This document shows, piece after piece, positions 1-22,560 of a DNA stretch of 64,000 nucleotides; position 1 is the stretch's first letter, and the number at the start of each line of letters is the position of its first letter. The translations under genes and the position numbers were made by a program. Location: NCBI RefSeq assembly GCF_018350175.1, contig NC_058371.1, positions 7,006,001 to 7,070,000 of the forward strand. Direction: 5' to 3'. The DNA is from Felis catus (lineage: Eukaryota). Below the pieces are notes generated by a model, which ran no database searches, was not told where the DNA came from, and worked only from the letters and a program-made list of their open reading frames with translations.

Positions 1-655
1 GGTGCAGAGTCCCCAGAATAGAGAGGGAGGGACAAAGGCCCAAATTAGGAACGGGTGCAAAGGCTCCCAATACAAAATTATATGAGGTAAGCAAGATCAG
101 GCATGCAGGGAAAAAAGGCCCCCCAATTAGTTCTATAGCAGAAAAGCTGCTTTCACAGGAGGAAAAGGCCAAGTTAGGTAAACTAGTGAATTGGACTATG
201 GATGCTGCGCTGTAGGCCAAGCAGCCTGGAGAGGTGATGGTTAAAAAAAAAAAAAAAAAAAAAAAGTGCCTTGTTAACCCAGAGGCTATTCTCCCTGTCT
301 GTCTCATCCCCCTAAGCTGGCAAAGATAAACAGGCACAGTGCCTCCTGTCTGCCCTTAACAATTGTCTGCCTATCTGCCCGGGGCCAGGATTTTGTTTAA
401 TACTGACCCAAACCCCAAACACTGTATATCTTCAAAACCCCCATTTTCCCACACATCCCCTAGTTAATGTTCACAGTATCTTGGTCTCTTTGTGCATGCC
501 CATCACGTTTGTAAGCCTTCTGATCTTAATAAATAAGGGGCAAGAACCCTGATTTGGGGCTCTTATCTTTGCCCGGAGATTAGCCATCTCTTTCTTTAAT
601 CCTGTGTCCCCTTTTTCCTGGAAAAAAGAGAACTTTAGACTTAGGCTCTATGACA
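1..655 (+). mobile_element. Solo ERV LTR (partial), paralog of 33063-33840
   Basis: Ends ...ctctatgaca at 655; AATAAA at 528-533. Confidence 0.8.
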
Positions 656-1049
656 GAAAAGGACATATTCTGGGAGTGGGAGATGGGTTCTGGACAGGGT
701 ACATCATATATGACTCGTGAGCTCCAGGATATTTAATGTCTGAACCTCTGTGGGGGGAGGGACCACAGCAGGGATTGGAGATTTCAGACTGAATAGAAAT
801 GAGCCACATGGAAAGATTTGGACAAACACCAGCCTAGACATGACCTAGTACAAGTAAGTTTGATCCGCAGATCTGAAGGTCCTAATGAGCCTGCTGGGGA
901 GATTCCAAGGCAGACCATCCTTGGCTAGGAAAGGATAACTGACAGAAGGACACAGAGCTTGTCATGTGCAATCCCCATCTCCAGAATAGTGGCTCTCCCC
1001 TCCCCCCCCTGCCCCTGCTGCTTCACCACACCTCCAAGGATCCACTTAC

Positions 1050-1168
1050 CCTAGGATCTTCCTCCACTGGCCTGGGAGTCCTGCACACCATGGATACCCT
1101 GTGTTGCCTCTTCATTTTGGGGCATTCAAGGGTCTGTAAAATTCCTGCTTGGTATGACCTCCTACCAT
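1050..1168 (-). pseudogene. FAM90A: FAM90A-like copy A, first coding exon, frameshifted (remainder lies beyond the left edge)
   Basis: Exon is 119 bp versus 120 bp in copies B and C. The 1-bp deletion gives TGA at codon 19 (1114-1112). Donor gtaagt at 1049-1044. Confidence 0.8.
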
Positions 1169-2204
1169 CTGCCCCACTCCTTGGAGGGTCAGGTCAGCCC
1201 TCCGCAGATAGGGATTTTTGGATTTCCTGAGTCAAAAGAGAAAGGAGAGTCATATTCACATAGATACTTGACTCTTTCATGTACCCCTTCTCCCAACAAG
1301 CATGAGGGGGCGTCATGACCTCCAGGTCAAATACAGTCTTCACCCTGCATGACCTCTCCTTCCTGCATGTTCTGCACAGTCTCCTGAGGACCCATCCCCA
1401 GCAGGAAAGCCTTAGGAAAGGCAGGGGAGGTGGTCTTGAATGACTCATTGGAGAGACTTTCATGAAGTCTCTCAACTGTACTCTGGTATGAAAACCACAG
1501 GAAATACTGCCCTGACTTACACGAGAAATACTGCCCCAACATACACAAGTATGCTTGACTCTCAAAAAACGGAACTGCCCATTTGACATAAAAGGAAGCC
1601 ATTTTCAAATACAAAATCAATTCCAAAAACCTAGTATCCCTTCTGCTAGATTGGAATCTTCCAAAGTGAATATCTGAACTCTTTTATTTATGGTTTCTTT
1701 CCAGGTCCCCACTCTGAATTTCCTTATAAACCATGGGAAATGAATATCAAAACTCCGGTGAACTCGGAGAGAAATTTTTAGGCTTTCAGACCCGAAAGTG
1801 TCACCCGAAAGCCTGGTGAAATGGAGCAGGATGCTGTCACTGCTCCCGCATGCCCCCACACCAATCAGACTCTGGGGTTCAGTTCCTTTGGAACCTGAAC
1901 CTCATGTCCTCAGGAACATTGAGAGCCATCCCTTTCCTCAGTCTCTGCCCTCAGAATACTCTTCAACACTAAAGAGTCCTTCACTTGGTGAGTAGAGGCA
2001 CATCACAACCTCCATTTCCTCCCTGTCCTATTTCTCTGACAGGTTGTGTGAGGCCCAAATCATCCCAACCCACCTGAAATGCAAATATGCTCCTCCTGTG
2101 TGTCAGGAGACATCCAATGGCGGGTGGCAGGTGGACTCCAGTGGAGGAGACTCAGCATCCGGCGTGCCCGAGGACCGGTCAGTGAGTGACACTTCCTTCC
2201 TTCC

Positions 2205-2272
2205 CAGACTGTTATACTTGGCCAAGGTCAAGTGACCTCGTAGGCACTTTAATCCCATCTATCCTATCACCT
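2205..2272 (-). promoter_or_regulatory. Putative FAM90A-A promoter
   Basis: Homologous block with TATAAC, CCAAGGTCA and TAATCC. Confidence 0.55.
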
Positions 2273-2821
2273 TGTTGCTCCTCAATTCTAGACCCTATGA
2301 AGTCACCACTAGGTATTAGACACTAGGTACTAGATACTAGATATTACACACTAGGAACTAATAGGAACTCATAGGAACAAATGTGCTTTAAAAAAAAAAA
2401 ACACAGAGTAAGGAATTCATTGATGGGAACTTGAATGTCAGGCATTTTCTCACAAACTTCAGGTGCTTAGCCTTTTTTCTACTCTTCAGGCCTGACTGGC
2501 CACTCCCTACATCCCTTTCAGCTCTGATTGGCCCCCAATTCTCCTCTGTGTCATGGAGGGGAGAAATCCTCCAAATACCCAGCATAATCCTCCAAATCTC
2601 TCCAATAATATCATTATAGAAAGCCAGCCTTAAAGCTCAAGAATCTCCAGGCCAAGTTGAATGCCATATCCTGTGAATACAGCAAGATGAATGGTCCCTC
2701 CACATGTCCAGATCACACCCACCCACAACACACAAAATATGGCCCACAAGGGACTGTGAGTGAGTGAGTGAGTGAGTAGTGAGTGAGGGCGGGTGAGTGT
2801 GCACGTGGGCAGGCATGTATC

Positions 2822-4429
2822 TCAAAGCCTGTAGTGGGATCCCTGCACTGCTTCCTGAGACCTCTGTCCCTTCTTGTTCTTCCTCTTGGTAGCTCTGGCT
2901 CTGCCGGTGAGACAAGGGACTTGGGTAATGGCCGTTGCCCTCTGAGGTGGGATGTCCCTGGCTGAACTGTTGAGCCGGTAGATGTTTGGTTCACGGTGAT
3001 CCTTTCCCATCTCATCTCTGTATTTGGACTGGTGAATGAGGACTGCGTCGGGGGGAAGAGCAAATTCTAGTTTCCTGAGGTTGAATTCAGACTTGGGACG
3101 GTGGCTTTCTTGGAGGAATCTCCACTGGTCTAACGTGATTGTTGGCAGTGGTGTCTCTTCCGCGTGATCCTCCAATTGTGGCACCTCGATGTTGGGGTCG
3201 GTTTCAGGCCCCCCTTGGGCCGCAGCCGTGCCTGCGTGGTCAGCCTGGAGGGATGTGGATTCCCCAGCACCTGGCTCACTCGCACGGTCTCTTTCCAATT
3301 CACTCTTCTGGATGTAAAAGAGGACATAGGCGTGTTGGCTCAGGGCAGACGTCGCATCACTGGCGGTCACCTTCGCATCATCCATTTTGTACCACTGGCC
3401 GTTCCCAGCTTTGATGTAACAGAAGTAATGTCCGCTGTGACAATTCCAGCCCGCGTGCACCAGCACGGCATAGAGCACGTAAGTCAGCGACCCCCCGTTC
3501 TGCCCAGACACGTAGCGTTGCATGTCAAGGCGCTCAGGATATTGCACTTCCTTAGCCAGTTTGCTGCCCGTGAAATGGCAGAATCGTTTCAATACCAGCA
3601 TCAGGACCTTGGAGCAAGTGTGCAAAGTCAACGTCTTGGAAGCAGGTACCTTGTCGAGACAAGTACTACAACGATAGGCATTTTCACCATCCAACTGTTC
3701 GGGCTTCACCAAGTGTTGCAAAGCTTGGCTCACACTCTGAGCTGCCCCGATATCCAGGCTAATGTCCAGGTAAGGGTCCAAAGTGCTGGAGACACCCTGG
3801 CAGTGGAGACACTGGATTTGAGACCTCCAGTACCCCCCAAAGATTTGCCGGATGAGGGTGGCGTCCTGAGCCTGAGACTCTGAAGGCTTGTCCTCACGCA
3901 AACACGCTTGCTGCATAGCATCCAGAGTGAACATCAGAAACTCATGGGCATCCTCCTGCCTGTGTGTGTGGAAGGCAGCGAGCAGTTTTGGCGGAGGCCG
4001 GATCACGTCTCCCGGACGGCAGAGGGCCCGGGTCACGTGAGCCTGCAGAGCACACAGCACGCAGAATGGCTGCCTCCCACAGCTTCGGGAGTGCTCCTGG
4101 GACAGCATGTAGCGGGCGAGGGGTGGTGTGTACGTCAGACACTGCAGGGCCGCGTTCGCATAGCACGTGTTGCCCAGGTTCTGCAGGCCAGCCCCAACCA
4201 CAGAAGGTCCCCTCCAACTCACAGGTTTCTTTGCGGGGGTCAGACCTGTCGACGTGGGAGCCCAACCGTTAGGCAGGTCGCAGGGTGTGTGCGATGACGG
4301 TGACGGCTTCTCAGGTAGAGTGGGTCCTCCGTGGCCTTCAGCTCCACCCGTATTTGACCCGCAAGATTTGAGGTTTGGAAAGACATGGAGCTGAGACTCC
4401 TCTAGGCAGTGGGAAGAGGGCGTCTCCAT
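2822..4429 (-). CDS. USP17L: USP17/DUB-family deubiquitinase, intronless, copy A (535 aa from ATG 4429)
   Basis: Single ORF with Cys box GLQNLGNTCYANAALQCL, QEDAHEF, His box HAGWNCHSGHY and WYKMDD. Zinc-ribbon CLHC...CSTC is intact; USP17-type tail present (ITLDQWRFLQE, PPDAVLIHQSKY). ATG placed by match to the 44765 start of the paralog. Confidence 0.95.
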   Translation of the reverse strand: METPSSHCLEESQLHVFPNLKSCGSNTGGAEGHGGPTLPEKPSPSSHTPCDLPNGWAPTSTGLTPAKKPVSWRGPSVVGAGLQNLGNTCYANAALQCLTYTPPLARYMLSQEHSRSCGRQPFCVLCALQAHVTRALCRPGDVIRPPPKLLAAFHTHRQEDAHEFLMFTLDAMQQACLREDKPSESQAQDATLIRQIFGGYWRSQIQCLHCQGVSSTLDPYLDISLDIGAAQSVSQALQHLVKPEQLDGENAYRCSTCLDKVPASKTLTLHTCSKVLMLVLKRFCHFTGSKLAKEVQYPERLDMQRYVSGQNGGSLTYVLYAVLVHAGWNCHSGHYFCYIKAGNGQWYKMDDAKVTASDATSALSQHAYVLFYIQKSELERDRASEPGAGESTSLQADHAGTAAAQGGPETDPNIEVPQLEDHAEETPLPTITLDQWRFLQESHRPKSEFNLRKLEFALPPDAVLIHQSKYRDEMGKDHREPNIYRLNSSARDIPPQRATAITQVPCLTGRARATKRKNKKGQRSQEAVQGSHYRL

Positions 4430-4499
4430 GTCTCCTGAAACGTGGAGCCTCACGTTGCAGAGCGATGCTTCTCTCAGGAGGCCAGTCTCAGAATGATGG

Positions 4500-4749
4500 C
4501 TGTGGCCCTCTCCTCAGCCCTCGTAAAGCTCGCCCCACCCACCTGACTAGGACCACGTCATCCAATCAGCTACCAGCTGGAGTTGGATGAAGGGTCTTAG
4601 GGTGTGGTCACTCTTCTGCAGACAGACGACTCAGCCCAGCCTTCCTCCTGCCCCTCCCTCCTCAAGAGGCACACACACGTTTCACCACTTTCTCCACCTC
4701 CCTCATTTCCATTGCTCCCTCTCTGGACAGACAGACTTGAGCATTTCCA
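4500..4749 (-). promoter_or_regulatory. USP17-A proximal promoter (array type; same block at 44835-45093)
   Basis: CCAAT/DUX-like TCATCCAATCA and CCCCACCC; the TATA-homologous position reads TTTACGAG. Confidence 0.5.
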
Positions 4750-4761
4750 TGAGGTTTCCAT

Positions 4762-5580
4762 GGAAGAGGTAGTCTCCATGTCTCCAGAAATAGCTTTTAC
4801 AAGATCTCCCATGTGGAGCCTCACATTGCACAGCGATGGTTCTATCAAGAGGCCAGTCTCAGGGGCGCCTGGGTGGCTCAGTCAGTTGAGCTTCCGGCTC
4901 CAGCTCAGGTCATGATCTCACCATCTGTGAGTTCGAGCCCCTCGTCAAGCTCTGTGCTGACAGCTTGGAGCTTGGAGTCTGCTTTGGATTCTTTGTCTCC
5001 CTCTCTCTTTCTTTGACCCTCCCCTGTTCATGCTCTGTGTCTCTCTGTCTCAAAAATAAACATTAAAAATTTTTTTAAAAAAAGAGTCCAGTCTCTGAAT
5101 GATAGCTGTGGCCCTCTCTTCAGCCCTTTATAGCTTGCCCCACCCAGCCAACTAGGAACAGGTCATCCAATTAGCTACAAACTTGAGATTCATTTAAAGG
5201 TCTTAGGGTGTGGTCACTCTTCTTCAGAGAGACCACTCAGCTCAGCCTTCCTCCTCCCCCTCCCTTCCTTATTGGATAGACACACATTTCAGCAATTTCT
5301 CCTCCTCTCTCATTATCATTGTTCCATTTCTGGACAGATTGACTTGACAGTTTCCAACTTCAGATGAAATTCTTTCCGAGTATCCACTTTGCTTCCAGAG
5401 TAACATCAAGTGAGTCAAGGAATGTGGGACATTTAGTTTTCTGGAATGTGAAGGATCATTTTCCAAAGGGAGCTCAGGTATCATGTTGGAAGACCTTTCT
5501 TGTCACCAGCCAGAATCTATGTGGGTCCACCAAATGTTTTTTTTTTTGGAAAGATTACTGTCCATGAAGACTTAGAAAAC
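4762..5580 (-). promoter_or_regulatory. Older duplicate USP17 promoter and start-codon relic
   Basis: ATG 4779 (METTSS), SINE-interrupted 5'UTR, TATAAA 5132-5127; homology continues to 45093-45290. Confidence 0.7.
4862..5081 (+). mobile_element. CAN-SINE
   Basis: tRNA-derived head, (CT)n, A tail; TSD aagag(g/t)ccagtctc. Confidence 0.92.
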
Positions 5581-6669
5581 TTGTGGGTTGTGCAGAATGG
5601 CAGCTCCCAGTCTCCAAAGTGTCTTCCAGTACTGCACCAGCCTATCCTGGACTTAGAAGATATCCAGAGCCTCAGGCTGGCCTAGGAAGCCGTTCTTGCA
5701 CCTCCATGTTTACCTATGGTGGTTCCAGGGCTCCATATCAGATACAGGAGTTTTTGTGGACGTTCCCGTGGGCAGAGACACCATCTCCCTTCTTTCCAAG
5801 AAGGTGAGAGTGGTTGTGGGGCCCCGATTTGACTAAAAGAATTTTGTGGCAGTTCTGTTGGTCCAATGACAACTTTCTGGGGCTTCTAGGCTGGCACAAG
5901 CAGCCGGTAGGCTGTAGAGGGGATATTAAATTTTATCAGAAGAAGTGTGCCAAGGATGCCCTTCCAGGGGCTTCCATGGTATCAAGGGTTGATCCCGCTT
6001 CTGGAGGCTGACTTGGAATATTTCAGGATGCTCCTCAGAAAAATAAATCCTATGTGGTATAGCAGGAATCGCTTTCCTGTGGAGAAACTCTGTTGAAGCT
6101 TGTATATTAACAACTACAAAAATAATTCATAGGAAGAAAAGTAATAATGAAAGTAATGATGAATGACAATAACAATCATGATAATGATCATAACCAGGGG
6201 ATTATATTATTATGTTAATGATAATCATGAGCCTAAGGAGAAGGGAGATCAGAAGGGAGCTTTCCCTGAGTGGCATGGTAATGATAGCAGTTCTCATGGG
6301 GTAGTTGGAGTCAGCGCTCTAGATTTAACAATGAAATATGTGCCACAATAGAGAGCCAAGCCAGGGGAGCGCTTGAGTCATCCTGTGTCAACCATGGAAG
6401 AACAGTCTTATGGGCAAATGTAGAGGGGCCTTGGTACAGAACCCTGAAAAACCACCTTTCAGGATCGAGGACAGCTGGATGGTAGGGTGTGCCTCCATGC
6501 CAGGAACGCAGGGGCTTAGTCCACACCCAGCTGGTGGAAGTACCACCAGGACAGAGATTAATCTCCCAGGGTTCTGTCAACCCTTGTATTCTAACTGCTA
6601 TCCCTGATATCTGTCCTTGCCAGACCCATAGATCTCAGACATCTAGATTTTCCTGTCTGGACCAGTTAT

Positions 6670-7069
6670 TGTAGGGCATCATTCTTATTACTCTGTGATC
6701 TGCAGGGGTGACACGGGATGGTAGGAGCCATGAGCAGGCATCCTGGAGGACTTGAACTGTCAGCAGGTGCGGGGGTTGACTCAGCTGCCAAGACCCACCT
6801 GCCTCAAGTCCCCCAGCCCCCAGAGTGACTGACCAGCGGTGAATGATGGAAGTGGGGAATACCTAGGTCTGGCCACTTTGTTTTAGTTGAGGCCAAGTAT
6901 GAGGGCCCTGCTAGTTCTACAGCAACCTGTGCGGTCAGGCTGATGCTGTAAGGCTAGACTTCTCTCTCCTCAGCCTTTCCAGAGATGTTCCTCTCGAGAT
7001 CACTGCCTAGTAAACACCCAGCACATTGAACTCTGTCCTGTCTGTTCTCTGAGAACCTAACCTGTGGCA
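6670..7069 (+). mobile_element. Ancient ERVL-type (LTR16-like) LTR
   Basis: 3' end cctagtaaacacc...gagaacctaacctgtggca resembles the recalled LTR16 terminus. Start uncertain. Confidence 0.4.
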
Positions 7070-7147
7070 ACAGTAAAACGATTCCAGGGAAGATAGAGCT
7101 TACACACAGAAGGGATCCAAGTGTGCTGAAGTTGGAAATAACATAAA

Positions 7148-7659
7148 TATCAACAATAGCCAAATTATGGAAAGAGCCCACATGTCCATCGACTGACAAA
7201 TGGATAAAGAAGACGTGTATATATACAATGGAATACTACTCGGTGATGAAAAAGAATGGAATCTTGCCATTTGCAACAATGCGGATGGAACCAGAGTGCA
7301 TTATGCTAAGTGAAATAAGTCATTTAGAGAAAGATAAGTATCCTATTATTTCACTTATATGTGGAATTTAAGAAACACAACAGATGAACATAGAGGAAGG
7401 GAAGGAAAAATAAGAAAAACAGAGGGAGGGAAACCCTAAGAGGCTTTCAAATACAGAGAACTGAGAGTTGCTGTTGTGGAGGTGGGTGGGGGTTGGGCTA
7501 AATGGGTGATGGGCCGTAAGGAGTGCACTTGTTGGGATGAGCACTGGATGTTGTATGTAAGTGATGAAGCACTAAATTCTACTCCTGAAATCATTATTAC
7601 AATATATGTTAACTAACGTGGATTTAAATAAAATTCAAACATTAAAAAAAAAGAAAGAA
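7148..7659 (+). mobile_element. 5'-truncated L1 3' end
   Basis: ORF2 C-terminus/3'UTR and A tail; TSD aaataacataaa at 7136 and 7660. Confidence 0.9.
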
Positions 7660-7894
7660 AAATAACATAAAGACTGATGATATGCCTTGACATCCTTTTT
7701 GTTGATTAGAACGTTTGAATTGTCAGCAAGAAAGATGTCCATAAATTGATGGGGACAGAAAATCAGATTGGTGTGGGATAAGGAGAAAAGTCAGTTAGTG
7801 GACGCTTCCTCACCTTGGATTACAAGATGAGAGAGAGAAGCAGTTGGAAGTAAATGGAATCAGAAGTTTATTTTTGTTGTTGTTTGTTTTCTTC

Positions 7895-8121
7895 TTTAAA
7901 TTTTTTTAATGTTTATTTATTTTTTGAGAGAGAGAGAGGGAGAAAGAGAGAGAGAGCATGCAAGCAGGGAAGGGCAGAGAGAGAGGGAGACAGGATCTGA
8001 AGTAGGCTCCAGGCTCTGAGCTGTTAGCACAGAGCCTGATGAGGGGCTCGAACCCACAAACTGCGAGATCATGACCTGAGCCGAAGTTGGACACTTAACT
8101 GACTGAGCCACCCAGGAGCCC
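7895..8121 (-). mobile_element. CAN-SINE
   Basis: gactgagccacccagg head and (GA)n. Confidence 0.9.
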
Positions 8122-9128
8122 TTGTTGTTCTTGTTCTTTTTTTTTTTTTTTCCAATTGAAATTTCAGGCTGAATGATGCCACAAGTTGTTGAATTGCTCA
8201 GAGAATGGATGGAATTGAGAAGGAGTACTTTCAAATAAAGTGTATACGCTTTAAATTATAGCACAAAATTCATGACACAGCAGGAAAGAATAGGTACCAA
8301 ACACAAGTGCAGGAATAAATTACCTGAGATTAAAAGTCATTCCTCTGCTGTTCTGAGGGAGGGGAGCGAAAGTGTAGGACAATGTTAAATCTAGTGGTTA
8401 AATTACCTGTTTCATTTGTGAGCTCGTTTATACACCATCTGAAGAATGTGAAAGGGTCAATGGAGACTGCATGGTAATGCCAGAGGTGGGACATGCTCTT
8501 CGGTGAGCATGGAAGAAGGAACTGGAGCATGTGGCTTACCAGGACTGCCGGGCATTTTTGGAGAAAGAGACAAAATGTCCTTAGATGCAATGGAACACTT
8601 ACTGTATCCTCCGGTTTGATTATTTCCTCTTGGAAATTTAGGGAGTTCTAAGCCAGAAGGGCTTATCTCTACAACTGTAAGCATTCCACTCAAATGTGTA
8701 AATCAACTGTGAATGACACGGAAACAAAATTATTTACTCTATTCCATTATGTAGTAACACTCTTGTTTATTTCCCCACTAACCAAGAAACAATGTCTAAA
8801 ATTGTGTTCCTCATTTTCTTTGGATAATTAATAAATTGTTAATATGCTCTTGAAAGTATGTGGCCAGTGGCCAGCAGTCAAGGAATCATTTTTAAAAATT
8901 TTGTTTTTCAGTCCATATTCCCCCCAGTTTCGTGTCTGTAGAATCCCACTGTGTCTGATGCTGTGCTTCATTTCCAAGACATACCGTGTTTCTCAGTACA
9001 CAGAATGCACTCCAAAGTACTTAGGAATGAGTCAAGGAATGAATGGATGCTCTAATAGCATTTCAAGGTGTCCTTACGTCTTGTCTCTCTGACTTGGTGT
9101 GAGGGCTGCAATTTTGTATGAGTGTGGA

Positions 9129-9403
9129 GAATCCAATCAAATCGAACAGGGTGTGTCCCACCGGCTGCAGCTGTTTAGGATCTAGTCAGTCAGGGTGTGA
9201 CCCTGGAATGTTGCCCTTGAATGGGTTTACTAAGGGTTTTTCCCAGTATAAAAGGGAAGTGAACCAGGTATTTGTCTTGAGAAGAAACGGAGAAGTCTGG
9301 GACACTGGAAGAAGAGGAGAACAAGAGGAATCGGCTGCTTGCCTGTGGAACTCACCACAGAATCTGCTTGGCTTCACCCTCTCTCCTCCAACTCTGGGTT
9401 CTG
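9129..9403 (+). promoter_or_regulatory. Putative ZNF promoter and first non-coding exon
   Basis: GAATCCAATCA 9129-9139, TATAAAA 9247-9253, donor ctg|gtgagt at 9404. Further UTR exon candidates at 10896-11026 and 11084-11158. Confidence 0.5.
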
Positions 9404-9494
9404 GTGAGTTCTCCACATAGTGACATGGGAGCTGGCCTTGTCCCCTTAAAATTCTGTAGATACTATCTCTCTTTAGACATCTGTCTAAGATCAT

Positions 9495-9696
9495 TTTTTT
9501 TAATGTTTATTTATTTACTTATTTTGGGGTGGGGGGGGGTTGTGCAGAGAGAGAGGGAGAGAGATAATCCCAAACAGGCTCCTCACTCAGTGTGGAGCCC
9601 GACATGGGGCTCGCTCGATTCCATGAAACGCAAGATCATGACCTGCGCCAAAATCAAGAGTCAGACGGTCAAACGACTGAGCCACCCAGGCACCCC
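9495..9696 (-). mobile_element. CAN-SINE
   Basis: Head gccacccaggcacccc; flanking agacatctgtctaa repeat. Confidence 0.88.
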
Positions 9697-9919
9697 TAGA
9701 CATCTGTCTAATCAAAGCAGCTTCTGATGATCTTTATGTTTCATTGTGTCAACATTTAGGCCACCATTCTCACTCCCTGTTTCTGACTATTTATGTCCCC
9801 TTCCCATATTGATCTTTAATCTACTTATTTTAACCGCCTACCCTAAGATCCTAGATCTTTGTTTTCCAACAAAACAACTACCAGCCATGTGTGACTATAA
9901 GCTATAAAATCGTAAAATT

Positions 9920-10085
9920 AGGGGCACCTGGATGGCTCAGTCAGTTAAGCATCCGACTTCAGGTCATGATCTCATGGCTCGTGAGTTCGAGCCTCTTCGG
10001 ATTCTGTGTCTCCCTCTCTTTCTGCCTCTTCCCCCCTCACACTCTTTCTCTCTCTCTCAAAACAAACAAACATTTAAAAAAATAA
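9920..10085 (+). mobile_element. CAN-SINE (internally deleted)
   Basis: ggggcacctggatggctcag head and A tail. Confidence 0.85.
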
Positions 10086-11158
10086 AGTCATAAAATTAAA
10101 TAACTGACCTTCAGATCTCAGCAGCACTGGCAAGATTTCAAGTATCCTATAACCATTTGGTCTGGCAGTTACTGTATTGTACAATGCAGATATGGGGCAT
10201 TAACTTTGCCTTGGGAAGTTCTATTGGCACAGTGATCTGCATCTTATGTTTCTATAATTTTTCATTGTAAATACTTCATTTTCTGCTTTTCTGAATTAAT
10301 TTCTTTCTATGGATTTCATCAAGTAATAAATAGACTTCAATTAGCATGGTTACTGTGGAGACTAAATAGGCAAATATATGTAAGTCTGAAAGGGCACAAT
10401 CACATTTTATACAAGTTTGACTTTCTTTTTTTTCCCCGAACCTCAGGTGCAAATGGGTGAGTTAATGATCCCTTTGTTCATGATGCTTTTGCATTATTTC
10501 TCCACGAAATACATTCAGTTATTCTTGACGTCAGGGGAAAATTGGTTTATAAAAGTCCATGAATTGATTAACACCATTGTAATCTTAGTTGCTTGATATC
10601 CAAGTCTAGGGGGGACCAGAGAGCAGGAGGGGACTGAGGCTTCAGAGAGCTGCCATGGATACTGGAGAACCATTGCTAGGACATACAGCAAGAAAAACGA
10701 AATCTGAGAAATTCCGCAGTGTTCGTCTACAGGTGGAAAACAAACCCTATGTGTGTCATGAGTCCGGAAGCACTCTGCTCTGGAATCAGGGAGGGAACTG
10801 AAGAATTCTGAATGCCATAGGCTACTGAATGCGCACAATGCAATGTTTATCATGTTCTGATTTGTAAGAGATCTGTATTTTGACCTTTATTTTCAGTCAC
10901 AGCTATAATCTGACATTTGACCTTGGGATAGGAGTGACCTCTTACACCCTGTTCTTAGAGTACACCACTTGTGGTTTGTTGGGCTAGGGGGTCACACCCA
11001 GGTGAAGGTCTGGGGCTTCCTGACAGGTGAGTCTGGAAATTGTGCACAGTACTGGATCTCATGACTTCTTTCTCCATCCTCAGCTTTGCCTGCTTAGTGC
11101 TTGGACTGTCTGTGAGTGAGAACCCAGAGAAAGATACCTGGCAACTGACTTGTCGACA

Positions 11159-21833
<10,675 letters not shown>

Positions 21834-22560
21834 GTATTCCGACCTGAGACGACACGGTTTTACAGATGCAATGAATGTGGAAGAAGTGTCAGTCACAGCT
21901 TTCACAGTGACACTCACCACAGGATGCACATATGGAAGAAATGGCCTGCAGTCAATATGGGAGATGCTTCGGTCCTCATACTCCTCCCTCAAGAAATGTA
22001 TTTCATTTGGAAGTGAATTCATATGTATTCCGTCCACATGGCAAAGCCTTTAGTCACTGGTCTGACCTTAGATAACACAGCAGAACTTATGCTGTAAGTA
22101 TAATGACACAGATGTTTCCAGCAAAGAGCTCAACTTGAAAGATACTAGAGCACTTACCGGGAATTCTTGTCAATCATGAGCAAACTCCACACGGGAGAAC
22201 CCTTTGGTCTGTAATCACTGCGAAAGAATATTTAGCCAAATACCTGGTGTGGTGAGCGTAAGAAAAGTCCGTGAAGGAATAAACACTAAGGATGTAAGAG
22301 GATGAAGCCTCTGAGGAATACCAAACACTTCTTACAGATAATTCAGGCCTGAGAAGTTATTCAATGTAAAATCGTGGGAAATCCTTTATTCAAAGAACAA
22401 CTCTTGCGGCACATGTGAATATTCTGACTGTACGAAACACTCGCAGTGTCACGAGTGAAGGGGAATCTTCAGTGTCCCTTATTTCTTAGTCAACAGTAAG
22501 GTTCTCACACTGAGAAGATAGCAGTCCTGAAATCAGAGTAGAGAAAACTTCAGCCAGATT
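21834..22560 (+). other. Decayed zinc-finger array in the ZNF 3'UTR
   Basis: Finger remnants: KYSDLRRH, CNECGRSVS, GKAFSHWSDLR, HTGEP, gggaaatcctttattc. Confidence 0.7.

Larger units (their letters stand above)
1..2280 (-). repeat. Inverted duplication arm (FAM90A promoter, exon 1, LTR)
   Basis: Reverse complement aligns with about 31230-33680, including the same LTR insertion. Confidence 0.9.

Noticed and set aside
3164-3883. 239-aa plus-strand ORF (also 43500-44219)
   Set aside because: Antisense shadow of the USP17 CDS; duplicated only because the gene is.
4430-4453. 543-aa N-terminal extension of USP17-A
   Set aside because: Depends on a GTG start absent from copy C; ATG 4429 is preferred.
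5600-9000. Possible beta-defensin exons expected from 8p23.1-like synteny
   Set aside because: No six-cysteine defensin motif or convincing signal-peptide exon found by eye.
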